The position numbers were made by a program, and so were the translations under genes. DNA of 64,000 nucleotides, taken from NCBI GenBank assembly GCA_965222375.1, contig CBDCTZ010000014.1, positions 1,216,001 through 1,280,000 on the forward strand. The letters run 5' to 3'. Below, piece after piece: positions 27,900-37,211 of the stretch (within the stretch, counting starts at the first letter, position 1; every line of letters begins with the position of its first letter). Source of the stretch: Polyangiaceae bacterium (GTDB lineage Bacteria > Myxococcota_A > Polyangia > Polyangiales > Polyangiaceae). The notes below the pieces were generated by a model that saw nothing but the letters and a program-made list of their open reading frames with translations, was not told the origin of the DNA and made no database searches.

Positions 27900-28655
27900 T
27901 CACTGTGCGTTGGCGGTGTCGATGAGAAGCTTCTTCAACGCCTCGAAGTTTGCGACAACGCTCAGATCATTGTCGGTGAGATTGAAGGCTTGCAGTGGGA
28001 AGTTCTTCGAGTCAACCACGACGACGTCGCGGTAGCCGGCTTGCCAGGCGCCCTCGACATTTGCTGCAGCGGTGTCCTGCAACCAGGGCAAGCTACGGCC
28101 CGCGGTGATGGTCGGATTGCCCGACTCCAGGCCCTGACTGTTCACACCGAGGATCTGGATCGGCACTTTGGTGCTCACCAGAGCTAGTTCCGTCTGCAAG
28201 GTGTCCAGGTAGCCAAACTGGCTACTGCAGTAGCTTCAGGTTGCGTGCCCGAAGTACCAGGCGGAAACCTGTCCCAGGTAGTCTCGGGGGGACACGGACT
28301 TTTGGTAAGTTGACGACGCTGGGTTTTCGTCGGTCAGGGCGAAGTCCGGCACGATCGTCGCCGGCGCATCCGCCGCGTCCGAGCCGGTCTGCGCGTCTCC
28401 GGCATCGGCCAGAGCCGCGTCCATCGCCGCTTCTTTGGCAACGTCCGCCGCGGCCGCGTCTTTGGGCAAAGAAGAATCCGCCCCACCTTGGGGCGTGCCT
28501 GCAGTTCCGTCGCTCGTCGCGGCGTCGACGGCCGCGATGCCCCCAGCGCCGGCCGCGGCTGCGGGGCCGAAGGGTTCGTCCTGGCCGCAGGCTATCGCCG
28601 TTGCAAGAGTCAGCGTTGCGAGCGCGAATCCGGGCGTGGAAGGGCCATGGTGCAT
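27900..28655 (-). CDS. Probable selenoprotein: thioredoxin/redoxin-fold lipoprotein with UxxC (251 aa)
   Basis: The in-frame TGA at 28238-28236 joins two track ORFs: PDFALTD...WYFGHAT-U-SYC-SSQF...IQILGVN...LPWLQD...RDVVVVD. SECIS-like hairpin downstream. Confidence 0.8.
28206..28227 (-). promoter_or_regulatory. Candidate bacterial SECIS element
   Basis: Hairpin CA-GUAGCCA-(GUU)-UGGCUAC-C-UG. The loop starts with G, 17 nt after the UGA. Confidence 0.6.
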
Positions 28656-28805
28656 GTTGATGAGCGTGAAGCTTCGGCGCTGACACTGTCAAGAGAGAGT
28701 TGGTGATGCGCGACCCGCCCAAAAATCCCTGCGAAAGCCGTCAGTTTGCGAAGCCGCTGGTGGCGACCCCATATTGTCCATGTGAACAAAGAACAATCGC
28801 CGCGG

Positions 28806-29417
28806 ATGTCGCCCATCGTCTTGGTTGCCGTCGCCGCCGCGGCCCTAGCGCTGTTCGTAGGCTACTTCGTCGGACGCGCTAGAGTGCCGACTCTGCCGCC
28901 CGCGTCGAGCTCGGTGACCGTCGTTCGCACGACACCAAGCGTGATTGTCGCGCTGCGGGATCTGGCTCGCTTGGAGAGCGCCGAGGCGCACATCGAACGG
29001 GTGATCGACTTGCGTGACAAGCAGTCGCGCCTGTTCGGCTTGATCGAAGCCGAAGATGCGCTGCTACTCGTAGCTAGTGGTACGGTGGTTGCCGGCGTCG
29101 ACCTGTCCAAGCTGCGCGAGGGCGACATCGTCGTGGACGAAGAAAAAAAGAGCGCTCGGATCGTCTTGCCTCGACCCGAGGTGCTGTCGGCGCGTCTCGA
29201 CAATGAACGCACTTTCGTGCACACGCGCAAAACCGACGTGCTGGCGAAGCGCAAGGAGTCTTTGGAGACGAAGGCCCGCAAGGAAGCCGAGCGGAGCCTC
29301 AAGGAAGCTGCCAAGGAAAGCGGAGTGGTGAAGCGAGCCCGCAAGAACTCCGCTGCCACGGTCAAGAGCTTGGTCGAGGCGCTGGGCTACAGCGACGTCT
29401 CCGTGACTTTTCGATAG
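28806..29417 (+). CDS. DUF4230 domain protein
   Basis: N-terminal TM. GTVVAGVDLSKL, IVLPRPEVL, LGYSDVSV. Confidence 0.85.
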   Translation: MSPIVLVAVAAAALALFVGYFVGRARVPTLPPASSSVTVVRTTPSVIVALRDLARLESAEAHIERVIDLRDKQSRLFGLIEAEDALLLVASGTVVAGVDLSKLREGDIVVDEEKKSARIVLPRPEVLSARLDNERTFVHTRKTDVLAKRKESLETKARKEAERSLKEAAKESGVVKRARKNSAATVKSLVEALGYSDVSVTFR

Positions 29418-29460
29418 GCGTCACCTCGGGATAGCTCCGACGCCCAGTGATACTCTGGAG

Positions 29461-29794
29461 CGAGTTGCACGCTTCGCAGCTTGGGTTTCCCTGACCGCCT
29501 TGTTGGCTGCGTGTTCCATCCTCGCGCCGGGCGACGACGAGCTCATCGGCGGTGGTTCCAGAGCCGCAGCGGGCGCTGGCGGCGCCGCAGGAAGCACTGG
29601 GGCCGGAGGAACTTGGTGGATCGAACCAACAGCATGGCCTCGAACTTCAGCGAGATACGTTCCGGAGTCTCGCCGCGTGCGGCAACAACTCGAATCACTG
29701 GTTCTTGCTCAATGACTCTCTGGTGCTCTGCCCTCGGACGTGCACGGACCAGCCTCCTTCGGCGACGTACAAGATTGACATTGTCAGCAATTGA
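29461..29794 (+). pseudogene. Small lipoprotein with one +1 frameshift (start uncertain)
   Basis: LLAAC lipobox plus Gly linker. Removing one T at ~29613 gives GGTGGSNQ...HWFLLNDSLVLCPRTC. Confidence 0.45.
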
Positions 29795-29814
29795 CCTTTT
29801 GCGGTCAGAGGCTC

Positions 29815-30666
29815 CTAGAACGTACCGCCGAAGCTGAGCTGGCCACCCCGGGGTGTGGGCGACGCGCTGAGGTACGACACGGACTCCTGTCCCTTCTTGT
29901 TTCCGGAAAAATAGAGGTACGCCGCCGCGCCGCCCGCTACGACCGCCACCCCCAAGGAGATGTCCGCGAGGAGGTAGCTCGTGCGCATCGAATCCACATC
30001 GTCGCGGCTGCAATCGGGTTTGCAGGAGTCCATGTCGTTCTGCTTGCCCCTTCCGGAAAGCCCAAACGCAGCAAACCCTCCAACTCCGACGACAGCCACG
30101 CCACCGAGCACGTAGACGAAAGGGCTCACGGATGAACCCTCCTCGGTTTTCGGAGTTGGCGCCGGCGCCGGTTGGTCGGACTCTCGGGCCGGGAGTTCAC
30201 CAATCCACTCGAGCTTCTGGCCTTCCGCCAAGTTGAGCTTCTTTTCTACATGGCGCCCGTCGGCGGATTCCAATCGGACGCTGACTTCCCCCACGTCCAC
30301 GAGAATGCTTCCGTCCGGCTCGGTGGGCGGAGCAGGCTGACCGTTGATGGTGACGCGTACGTCGGAAACGAAGTTGCCCGACTCGTCCTTCGCCTTGAGA
30401 GTCAGCCTCGGCACTGCGTCCTTGATGCCTTCCGCAAGGCTTCGGCAATCCTCCCGCACTAGCTTTGGACACTTGTCGTGTCCGCATACCGAGAAGTGCT
30501 CTTGGGCTTCTCGGATCTTGCCTGCCTTTCGGCTCGCCTGGCCGCGCTCGTGGGCATCGAAGCACTGGTCCTTAGAGGGTGCTTCCGCGCCGTGAGCGGG
30601 GGTCGTCGAGATGAGCGCGAGTGCGCTGCTGGCCAAGAGCAGAATTGTCAGTAGTGGCTTCATCAC
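29815..30666 (-). CDS. Secreted/membrane protein with PEGA-like domain, coupled to the kinase gene
   Basis: Signal peptide, helical Cys domain, beta domain (VRVTING), C-terminal TM segments. ATGA overlap with the kinase stop. Confidence 0.7.
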   Translation of the reverse strand: MMKPLLTILLLASSALALISTTPAHGAEAPSKDQCFDAHERGQASRKAGKIREAQEHFSVCGHDKCPKLVREDCRSLAEGIKDAVPRLTLKAKDESGNFVSDVRVTINGQPAPPTEPDGSILVDVGEVSVRLESADGRHVEKKLNLAEGQKLEWIGELPARESDQPAPAPTPKTEEGSSVSPFVYVLGGVAVVGVGGFAAFGLSGRGKQNDMDSCKPDCSRDDVDSMRTSYLLADISLGVAVVAGGAAAYLYFSGNKKGQESVSYLSASPTPRGGQLSFGGTF

Positions 30667-32564
30667 ATGCAGTGCCGTTTGAACTTCTTGATGCCGTTCT
30701 CGACAGTATACGGCGGATCGCAGTCGGCTTTGACCGGCGGCTTGCGGATTGGGGGCGTGGTGGCGGCAGGTCGTTTGGTGGGGTCGGCCTCGGACTTCGG
30801 TTTACTTGCGACTTCGGGGGGAGGCTCGGGCGGGCCGCTGGCGGACGGTTTGGGCGCGTCAGCTGACTCGGTGGGCGTCGGGTCCACGTTGGGCTCGAGT
30901 ACGGTGGACGCGGGCTCCGGTGGCTTCGCCGCTGCGGCCGCGGGATCGGCGCTAGGTCCCACTTCAGCGGTTTCGGGCTCTGCGCGGAGGAACACGAAGA
31001 GACCAATCACCATTGCGACGGCGAGCCCCAGCACGATCGCCGCCAGCGCGATGAGGGGGGCTTTGGGCGGCATCGACTGTCGCGGCGGCCCCGCATAGGA
31101 CGCGACGCTCATCTCGGAAACATGGGAAATCGGCGTCTTGGCGTCGCTCGGAACGGGTTGAAACCCCGCGGGTGTGGGGTTACTCCCTACGAAGCCGGCA
31201 CTTGCGTTCGGGTTTGACGCGGGTTCACGCCCCACAAGCCCTGAGCTTACGCTCGGATTGGACGCGGGCTCGCGAATGCGCGTGGCGACGGCCTCATCGA
31301 AATCTGCCGAAGATGGCGGCGGTGCATCCCTCGGGAGCAGTTCACTCGGACCGACGAAGGAATCGGAGATCTGCGTCGTCGCGTCGTCGATGTCGTTGTC
31401 CCCGCCGGTGAACGGCGGGGCGTCCATCGCCGGGGCAGGGGACTCGAGAGGCAGCGTCGTCGCCGCAGCTGGCGCCTTCGACTGTGCGCTCTCGTCCTTA
31501 GCTTGGGGTGCGGGGGCCGCGGGACGCTCGCCCTCCCGGGTTTGGATCCGGGCACGTAGCTCCTGCTTGGTCGCCGGCGCACCCGAGGCGTGATCACTCG
31601 CTACCTCAGCGAGCCGCGCACTGCGTCCGCGCAACATCTCGCCAGCGTGATGTTCGACCCACTCACCGATCTTTCGAGGAATGGCAGGTGGGATCGCGTC
31701 TTCCAGGGCGATGGCCATTTCTCGCGCGGTTTGAAAACGCTTGCTCGGGTCCTTGTTCAGGGCGCGCAGCACGATCGCATCAATGCTGGCGCTAAGATTT
31801 GGGGCAATGCTGCTCGGGGGTGGGACGTTGCACTCGATGACCTTGGCAATAGTGCGTCCAGGATCTTCACTCGAGAACAGCAGCCGTCCGGTGAGGGCTT
31901 CCCAAGCACAAATTCCGGCGGAGAAGATGTCGGCGCGTAGATCCAGGTTGTCCATGCGGATCTGCTCGGGGGCCATGTACGAGAACTTTCCTTTGGTGCG
32001 CCCCGCTTCGGTTTGCGCGATCCGGCGGGCGGCTTTGGCCACGCCGAAGTCCAAAACTCGGGGGATTCCGTCCACCCCCACGAGTATGTTCTGCGGCGAA
32101 AAGTCTCGATGCACGATATTCAGAGCCTTGCCGCGCTCATCCACAGCCGTATGTGCGGCATGCAAGCCGTACAGCGCTCCGCTCATCACGCCACTAACAA
32201 TTGCAGGCTCTATGAGCTGCTTGCTCTTTCGCGTGAAGCGTATCAGGTGGGAGAGCGAATCGCCCTCCACGTAGTCCATGATCAGGAAGATTTCGCCTTC
32301 GGTGGCGACGACGTCCAATGTGGGCACGACGTTCGGGTGACTAATGCCGGCGGCCAGGCGAGCTTCGTCCAGCAACATCGCTGAGAACTCCGGATCCGTG
32401 GCCAAGTGCGGGTGCAGTTTCTTGATCGCCACGACCCGGGCGAAGCCCACCTCCCCCAGCAGGCGACCGAGGTGGATCGTGGCCATCCCGCCTGAAGCGA
32501 TGGAATCGTACAGTTCGTAGCGCCCCACGACGCGGCGCTTGGATGCGGCCGGCACTGTTGGCAT
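30663..32564 (-). CDS. Ser/Thr protein kinase with C-terminal TM and Pro-rich tail
   Basis: IASGGMATI, VAIK, HRDFSPQN, DFG, GKFSYMAPE. Tail CDPPYTVENGIKKFKRHC. Confidence 0.92.
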   Translation of the reverse strand: MPTVPAASKRRVVGRYELYDSIASGGMATIHLGRLLGEVGFARVVAIKKLHPHLATDPEFSAMLLDEARLAAGISHPNVVPTLDVVATEGEIFLIMDYVEGDSLSHLIRFTRKSKQLIEPAIVSGVMSGALYGLHAAHTAVDERGKALNIVHRDFSPQNILVGVDGIPRVLDFGVAKAARRIAQTEAGRTKGKFSYMAPEQIRMDNLDLRADIFSAGICAWEALTGRLLFSSEDPGRTIAKVIECNVPPPSSIAPNLSASIDAIVLRALNKDPSKRFQTAREMAIALEDAIPPAIPRKIGEWVEHHAGEMLRGRSARLAEVASDHASGAPATKQELRARIQTREGERPAAPAPQAKDESAQSKAPAAATTLPLESPAPAMDAPPFTGGDNDIDDATTQISDSFVGPSELLPRDAPPPSSADFDEAVATRIREPASNPSVSSGLVGREPASNPNASAGFVGSNPTPAGFQPVPSDAKTPISHVSEMSVASYAGPPRQSMPPKAPLIALAAIVLGLAVAMVIGLFVFLRAEPETAEVGPSADPAAAAAKPPEPASTVLEPNVDPTPTESADAPKPSASGPPEPPPEVASKPKSEADPTKRPAATTPPIRKPPVKADCDPPYTVENGIKKFKRHCM

Positions 32565-32744
32565 CGTAGCGCTCCGGGCCCGATAAGGGGAGTTGCCCGC
32601 AGCGGGCTGGCGGCTGCGCCGACATTCTCCGGCGATAGCGCGCGTAAGTTCTCAAAATTATGCGACAAATTTTCCCAACGCCAACTGCGCTTGCCGGGGA
32701 GCCCGTTTGCCCCAATATCCTCCGGTGAAAGAGCAGACGACGAA

Positions 32745-33452
32745 ATGAGCCAAAGCTACCAACCCTACCCAGTCGCGCGCCGTGGTGTCGGACAGACCCT
32801 CGTGGACCGCCGTGCCAAGTTCATCACGCGCACCTACAACCATCTCTTCCTCGCAATCCTCGCCTTTGCCGGCATCGAGTGGGCACTGTTCGAGTCGGGC
32901 GCTGCGCCCGTCATTGCGGCGGGGTTGACGAGCACCAATTGGCTGCTCGTGCTGGGTGGGTTCATGGTCGTGGGCTGGCTCGCCAGCCGCGTCGCGCAGA
33001 GCGCGGTTTCCAAGACGGCTCAGTATCTTGCGTTGGCGGGCTTCGTTGCCGCCCACGCGGTGCTTTTCGTGCCACTTCTCGTGGTGGCCGATCAACGAGC
33101 ACCCGGCGCAATTCAGAGTGCCGGGATCGTGACGATGGTGGGATTTGCCGGCCTGACGGCGATTGCCTTCTTCACTCGCAAGGACTTCTCGTTCCTTGGA
33201 GGTATCCTGCGTTGGGCGGGACTGTGTGCCCTGCTACTGATCGCAGCGAGCGTGCTTTTTGACATGCAACTGGGCGCGTTCTTCAGTGTTGCTATGGTGG
33301 CCTTCGCCGGTGCCGCCATTCTGCATGACACATCCAACGTGCTGCGCCACTTTCCCGAAGACCGCTACGTGGCGGCGGCGCTGCAATTGTTCGCATCCGT
33401 GGCCTTGATGTTCTGGTACGTGCTGCGGTTGTTCATTGGCAGCCGCGACTGA
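32745..33452 (+). CDS. Bax inhibitor-1/YccA family membrane protein
   Basis: FITRTYNHL, TRKDFSFLG, ILHDTSNVL, AALQLFASVALMFWYVLR. Confidence 0.88.
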   Translation: MSQSYQPYPVARRGVGQTLVDRRAKFITRTYNHLFLAILAFAGIEWALFESGAAPVIAAGLTSTNWLLVLGGFMVVGWLASRVAQSAVSKTAQYLALAGFVAAHAVLFVPLLVVADQRAPGAIQSAGIVTMVGFAGLTAIAFFTRKDFSFLGGILRWAGLCALLLIAASVLFDMQLGAFFSVAMVAFAGAAILHDTSNVLRHFPEDRYVAAALQLFASVALMFWYVLRLFIGSRD

Positions 33453-33474
33453 GGCAGCCGCGACTGAGGCAGCC
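33439..33474. repeat. 15-bp tandem duplication spanning the stop codon
   Basis: gcagccgcgactgag x2 followed by gcagcc. Confidence 0.8.
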
Positions 33475-33586
33475 TCGGGCACTTCGGCCGCGTCGAGAGC
33501 GTGATAGAGTCTCCGCGCGTTCCAGGAGAGCCCACGCCGCACTCCGCGTACGGCAACGGGGGGAGTGCGTAGACCAGGAGGCAGCG

Positions 33587-34633
33587 ATGGCCAACGAGCG
33601 GGGTAAGGATGACGCCAACGACCAGGATGCGGAGCTGCGCGACGACGAAGATGAACGTTTCGACGCTGAAGAAAACGCCAGGGCTGACGCTGAAGCGCTG
33701 ACGGAGTCTCAGCGCGCCGCGGCGCTCGCGAGTAGCAAGGACGACGATTTGGATGACGAAGACGATCGCAAGGAAGACGAGCGCGACGACGAAGAAGACG
33801 AGGAAGAAGACGACGACGACTACGAGGACGAGCGGTCGGACGCCCGGGAAAACGAGAGAGCCCACGCAGAGAATGGGGACGACGACGAGGATGCCGCATC
33901 CGGGGACGATGACGCCAGTGAGGACGCGGACGATGACGAGGACGCCGCTTCCGGGGACGACGCCGACGAGGACGAGAACGACGACGAGGCGCCGCCCAAG
34001 GCCAAGCGCGCGGCCAAGACGCGGAAACGCTCCACGGGCCGGTCTCGCCCGGCCCGGGAAGCACCTGCGGCACCGGAATCATCCAATGGCTTGGTTTGGC
34101 TTGCCGTCGGTGCGGCGGTTCTGCTGGGTGGATGGTGGTTGCTAAAGGGTCGCGACCCGGCGCCGGCGGAGACGACGGCCCCCAGCGCCCAGGTTCGATC
34201 CGAACCCGCATCTACGCCGGCACCGCCGGCGCCACCCGAGCCAGAACCGACGACGCCGCCCGTGGAGCCCGAACCCGCGACTCCCGAGCCGAGCGCACCC
34301 GAGCCCGCACCCTCTGCTTCGGCACCCCCGGCTGAGCAGGCGGAGCCCGCGCCGGGTGGGGGTGGGAGCTTTGATCGCGCCGTTGCGTTGCGAGCCTTGG
34401 CGGAGGCGTCCAAGAGTGCAGCGCGTTGTCGAATGGCGGGTGCGCCGTCCGGCGCTGTTCGTGTCAGCGTGAGTTTCGGACCCAGTGGAGCGCCCGAGAC
34501 CGTGAAGGTGACCCACGCGCCCTACGCGGGAACCCAGACCGCAAAGTGCATACAAGACAAACTCAAGGCCGCACGCATGGACGCGTTCAGTGGGAGCGCC
34601 CAGACCATCATCACGAGCGTACAGGTCTATTGA
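33587..34633 (+). CDS. Bitopic membrane protein: acidic low-complexity N-terminus, Pro-rich linker, AgmX/TonB-C-like C-terminal domain
   Basis: AGGAGG RBS. D/E-rich region, one TM, and C...[11 protein letters not shown]...TAKCI domain. Confidence 0.75.
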   Translation: MANERGKDDANDQDAELRDDEDERFDAEENARADAEALTESQRAAALASSKDDDLDDEDDRKEDERDDEEDEEEDDDDYEDERSDARENERAHAENGDDDEDAASGDDDASEDADDDEDAASGDDADEDENDDEAPPKAKRAAKTRKRSTGRSRPAREAPAAPESSNGLVWLAVGAAVLLGGWWLLKGRDPAPAETTAPSAQVRSEPASTPAPPAPPEPEPTTPPVEPEPATPEPSAPEPAPSASAPPAEQAEPAPGGGGSFDRAVALRALAEASKSAARCRMAGAPSGAVRVSVSFGPSGAPETVKVTHAPYAGTQTAKCIQDKLKAARMDAFSGSAQTIITSVQVY

Positions 34634-34674
34634 GCGCGGTAACCAAGTCCTCGGCTGGGGCGTATGTGTTTCGT

Positions 34675-35205
34675 ATGACCTCGAGGCGACAATTCTGCTC
34701 GGTGCTGCTCGGAGGCGCCCTAACCTTGGCCTGTAGCCGCGGCGAGCAGGGCGACACGGCCGCCAGCCCGCCGGCGCGCAAGCCTCGGCGTGGCAGACTG
34801 AGGGACGAAGAAATGCCCAAAACCGAAGCGGAGTGGAAAGCCAAGCTGACGCCAGAGCAGTACCGCGTGCTGCGTGAGAAAGGCACCGAGCGTGCTTTCA
34901 GCGGGGCCTACTGGAACGAGAAACGTTCGGGCACCTACCGCTGTGCTGGCTGCGGCCAACCTTTGTTCAAGTCATCGGACAAGTTCGAATCTGGGACGGG
35001 GTGGCCCAGCTTCACTCAGCCCACCACAGCGGAGAACGTGGCTACGGAAAAGGACCGCAGCCTATTCATGGCGCGCATAGAGGTTCTATGCAGTCGCTGC
35101 GGCGGCCACTTGGGGCACGTTTTCGACGACGGGCCCAACCCTACGGGCAAACGCTACTGCATCAACAGTGCGGCGCTCGAGCTGGAAGCCGAGCCTGAGA
35201 AGTAG
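34675..35205 (+). CDS. msrB: Peptide-methionine (R)-S-oxide reductase MsrB with Tat/lipoprotein-like signal
   Basis: [34 protein letters not shown]-terminal SRRQF...LAC. Confidence 0.95.
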   Translation: MTSRRQFCSVLLGGALTLACSRGEQGDTAASPPARKPRRGRLRDEEMPKTEAEWKAKLTPEQYRVLREKGTERAFSGAYWNEKRSGTYRCAGCGQPLFKSSDKFESGTGWPSFTQPTTAENVATEKDRSLFMARIEVLCSRCGGHLGHVFDDGPNPTGKRYCINSAALELEAEPEK

Positions 35206-37149
35206 TCAGCGGCTCGGCGCAAGCCTGCGTACGCTGCGGGCTTCAGGCAGGAGCTCTTCTAGGGCGCTGAGCATGGCCTTGCCGGTGAAGGGCTTGGACA
35301 GGAAGCCCTTGCTGTCGCTGTCCAAGGCTCGCGGGTCGAGATCGGCCGGATAACCGGAAACGAACAACACGGGCAGATCCGGCCGCTGCAAAGCGATTCG
35401 GCGCGACAGTTCTGGCCCTCCGAGCAGCGGCATGACGACATCGGTCACCACGACATCGAAACGCTCGGGCTCGGTCTCGAACAGGCGAATCGCTACGTCG
35501 CCGTTTTCCGCTTCCACGACTTCATAGCCGGCGTTCGACAGGGTGCTTGCCATCAAGCGGCGCAGTGCTGGCTCGTCCTCTGCCAAGAGCACGGTGCCGG
35601 AAGCCGTAGGCGCGAGTTCCTCAGAGGGCTGTGCCGAATCGGGCTCGGCTCCGGCGCACGCCGGCAGCAAGATCGTGAAGGTCGTCCCTTGCCCGAGACG
35701 ACTGTGGACCGAGATCTTGCCGCCGACGGCTTCCACGATGTTCTTACAGGTGGCCAAACCAAACCCTGTGCCCCCTTGGCTTTCCTTTGTCGTGAAGAGC
35801 GGGTCGAAGATGCTCGGGAGGTGCTCCGGAGCGATCCCGGTTCCGGTGTCTGTGACAGATACCTCTACGGCGCCGGTGCGGGTATACTCCGCGCCGACAG
35901 CGCGGCCGTCGGCAGGCGCGACGCGAATCGTGATCCGGCCCCGGTCCACGATGGCGTCTCGGGCATTGACGACTAGATTCACCAGAGCTTGTTGGAACCG
36001 TCCCGAGTTGACCTCCGCCAGGGGGACATGGGGCTCCACGACGGCGGCAAGCTCGACGTTTTCCCCAATCAGGCGTCTCAGGAAACGATCCGTGCGTAGC
36101 ACCATCTCCCCAATGTCCACGGGCTCGCGTACCGAGATGCTCTTGCGAGAGAGGCTCAGAAGATCCTGCGTGAGGTCCGAGGCACGACGCGTGGCGTTGC
36201 CGATTTCGCGCACGCTCTCCATCGCCGGGTGTTCGGCGGACAGCTGCCGCTCTGCCAACTCCACGTAGCCTAGCACTACGGTCAAGATGTTGTTGAAATC
36301 ATGCGCGACCCCACCGGCGAGTTGACCAATGGCCTCCATCCTTTCGGAGCGCGCCAAGCGTTCCTCCAGCTGGCGTCGATCCGTGACGTCGACGATGATC
36401 GAGTGCAGTAGCTGTTCGCCTGCCACATTGATGGGCCCGCTGTAGACCTCGACGTCACGGATCTGCCCATCCGCAAGTCGGTGCTTGAAATTGAAGAACA
36501 ACCGGCGCTCGGTGCGAGCGAGCTGCATCTCTCGCCGGACTTCCGCTTCCGGCAGCGTATTGATCTCCTGAATGCGCAGTGACTGGAGTTCATCCAGGGA
36601 GTATCCGTAGAACTGTAGCGCCGAAGCATTCGCATCCACCACCGCGCCAGTTTCCGGGTTGATCACGAGTTTGACTGCCGGGTTGGTGTCGAAGATGGAT
36701 CGGTAGCGATGCTCGCTCTCTGCCAGGGCGTGAATTGCTTCAACCTGCACCGTCACGTCGATGCCCTCGACAATGACGCCGGCAACGATGTCATTGTCGT
36801 TGCGAAAGGGAGCCAGGCTGAGTTCCACATGGCCCTGCTTTGAGTCAGCAGCATCAATCGACACCTGAAGCGTTTCTGTGGGACCCTTCTGTACCTTTTC
36901 CACCGCGCCTGCCAATTGGGTCTGCAATTCGGCGCGCCCGCCAAAACAGGGCAGCTCCCACAGCGGCCGCCCGAGCAGTCGCGGTTTTTCGTCTCCGAAG
37001 AGGCTCTCGGCTGCAGCGTTCAGGGTGAGCACTCGCCCAGTCAGGTCCAGAACGCCCAAAGCGTGGCGCGTTTGATTCAGGAATCCGCTGAACGAGATGG
37101 GAACCGCGGTCGACTGCGTCCCCCCTTCTTCGGGCAAGTCTTCCTTCAC
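35206..37149 (-). CDS. Hybrid PAS-PAS histidine kinase/receiver
   Basis: AGGVAHDFNN, NLVVNARDA, DTGTGI, GTGFGL, and receiver TDVVMP...KPF. Confidence 0.92.
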   Translation of the reverse strand: MKEDLPEEGGTQSTAVPISFSGFLNQTRHALGVLDLTGRVLTLNAAAESLFGDEKPRLLGRPLWELPCFGGRAELQTQLAGAVEKVQKGPTETLQVSIDAADSKQGHVELSLAPFRNDNDIVAGVIVEGIDVTVQVEAIHALAESEHRYRSIFDTNPAVKLVINPETGAVVDANASALQFYGYSLDELQSLRIQEINTLPEAEVRREMQLARTERRLFFNFKHRLADGQIRDVEVYSGPINVAGEQLLHSIIVDVTDRRQLEERLARSERMEAIGQLAGGVAHDFNNILTVVLGYVELAERQLSAEHPAMESVREIGNATRRASDLTQDLLSLSRKSISVREPVDIGEMVLRTDRFLRRLIGENVELAAVVEPHVPLAEVNSGRFQQALVNLVVNARDAIVDRGRITIRVAPADGRAVGAEYTRTGAVEVSVTDTGTGIAPEHLPSIFDPLFTTKESQGGTGFGLATCKNIVEAVGGKISVHSRLGQGTTFTILLPACAGAEPDSAQPSEELAPTASGTVLLAEDEPALRRLMASTLSNAGYEVVEAENGDVAIRLFETEPERFDVVVTDVVMPLLGGPELSRRIALQRPDLPVLFVSGYPADLDPRALDSDSKGFLSKPFTGKAMLSALEELLPEARSVRRLAPSR

Positions 37150-37211
37150 GCACTTCTCCTAGCGCGTGAGGCACGACAGCACAATGCGGTCACTGCGACT
37201 ACAACGCGCGC

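Noticed and set aside
27900..28655. Two separate genes or a nonsense pseudogene
   Set aside because: The TGA falls exactly at the first position of the redox motif, in frame, with a SECIS-like hairpin, so Sec readthrough explains it better. This is not proven.
33439..33474. 15-bp duplication as an insertion target-site duplication
   Set aside because: The copies are adjacent with nothing between them, which fits simple slippage.
35150..35170. MsrB as a selenoprotein
   Set aside because: The catalytic residue is encoded by TGC (RYCINS).
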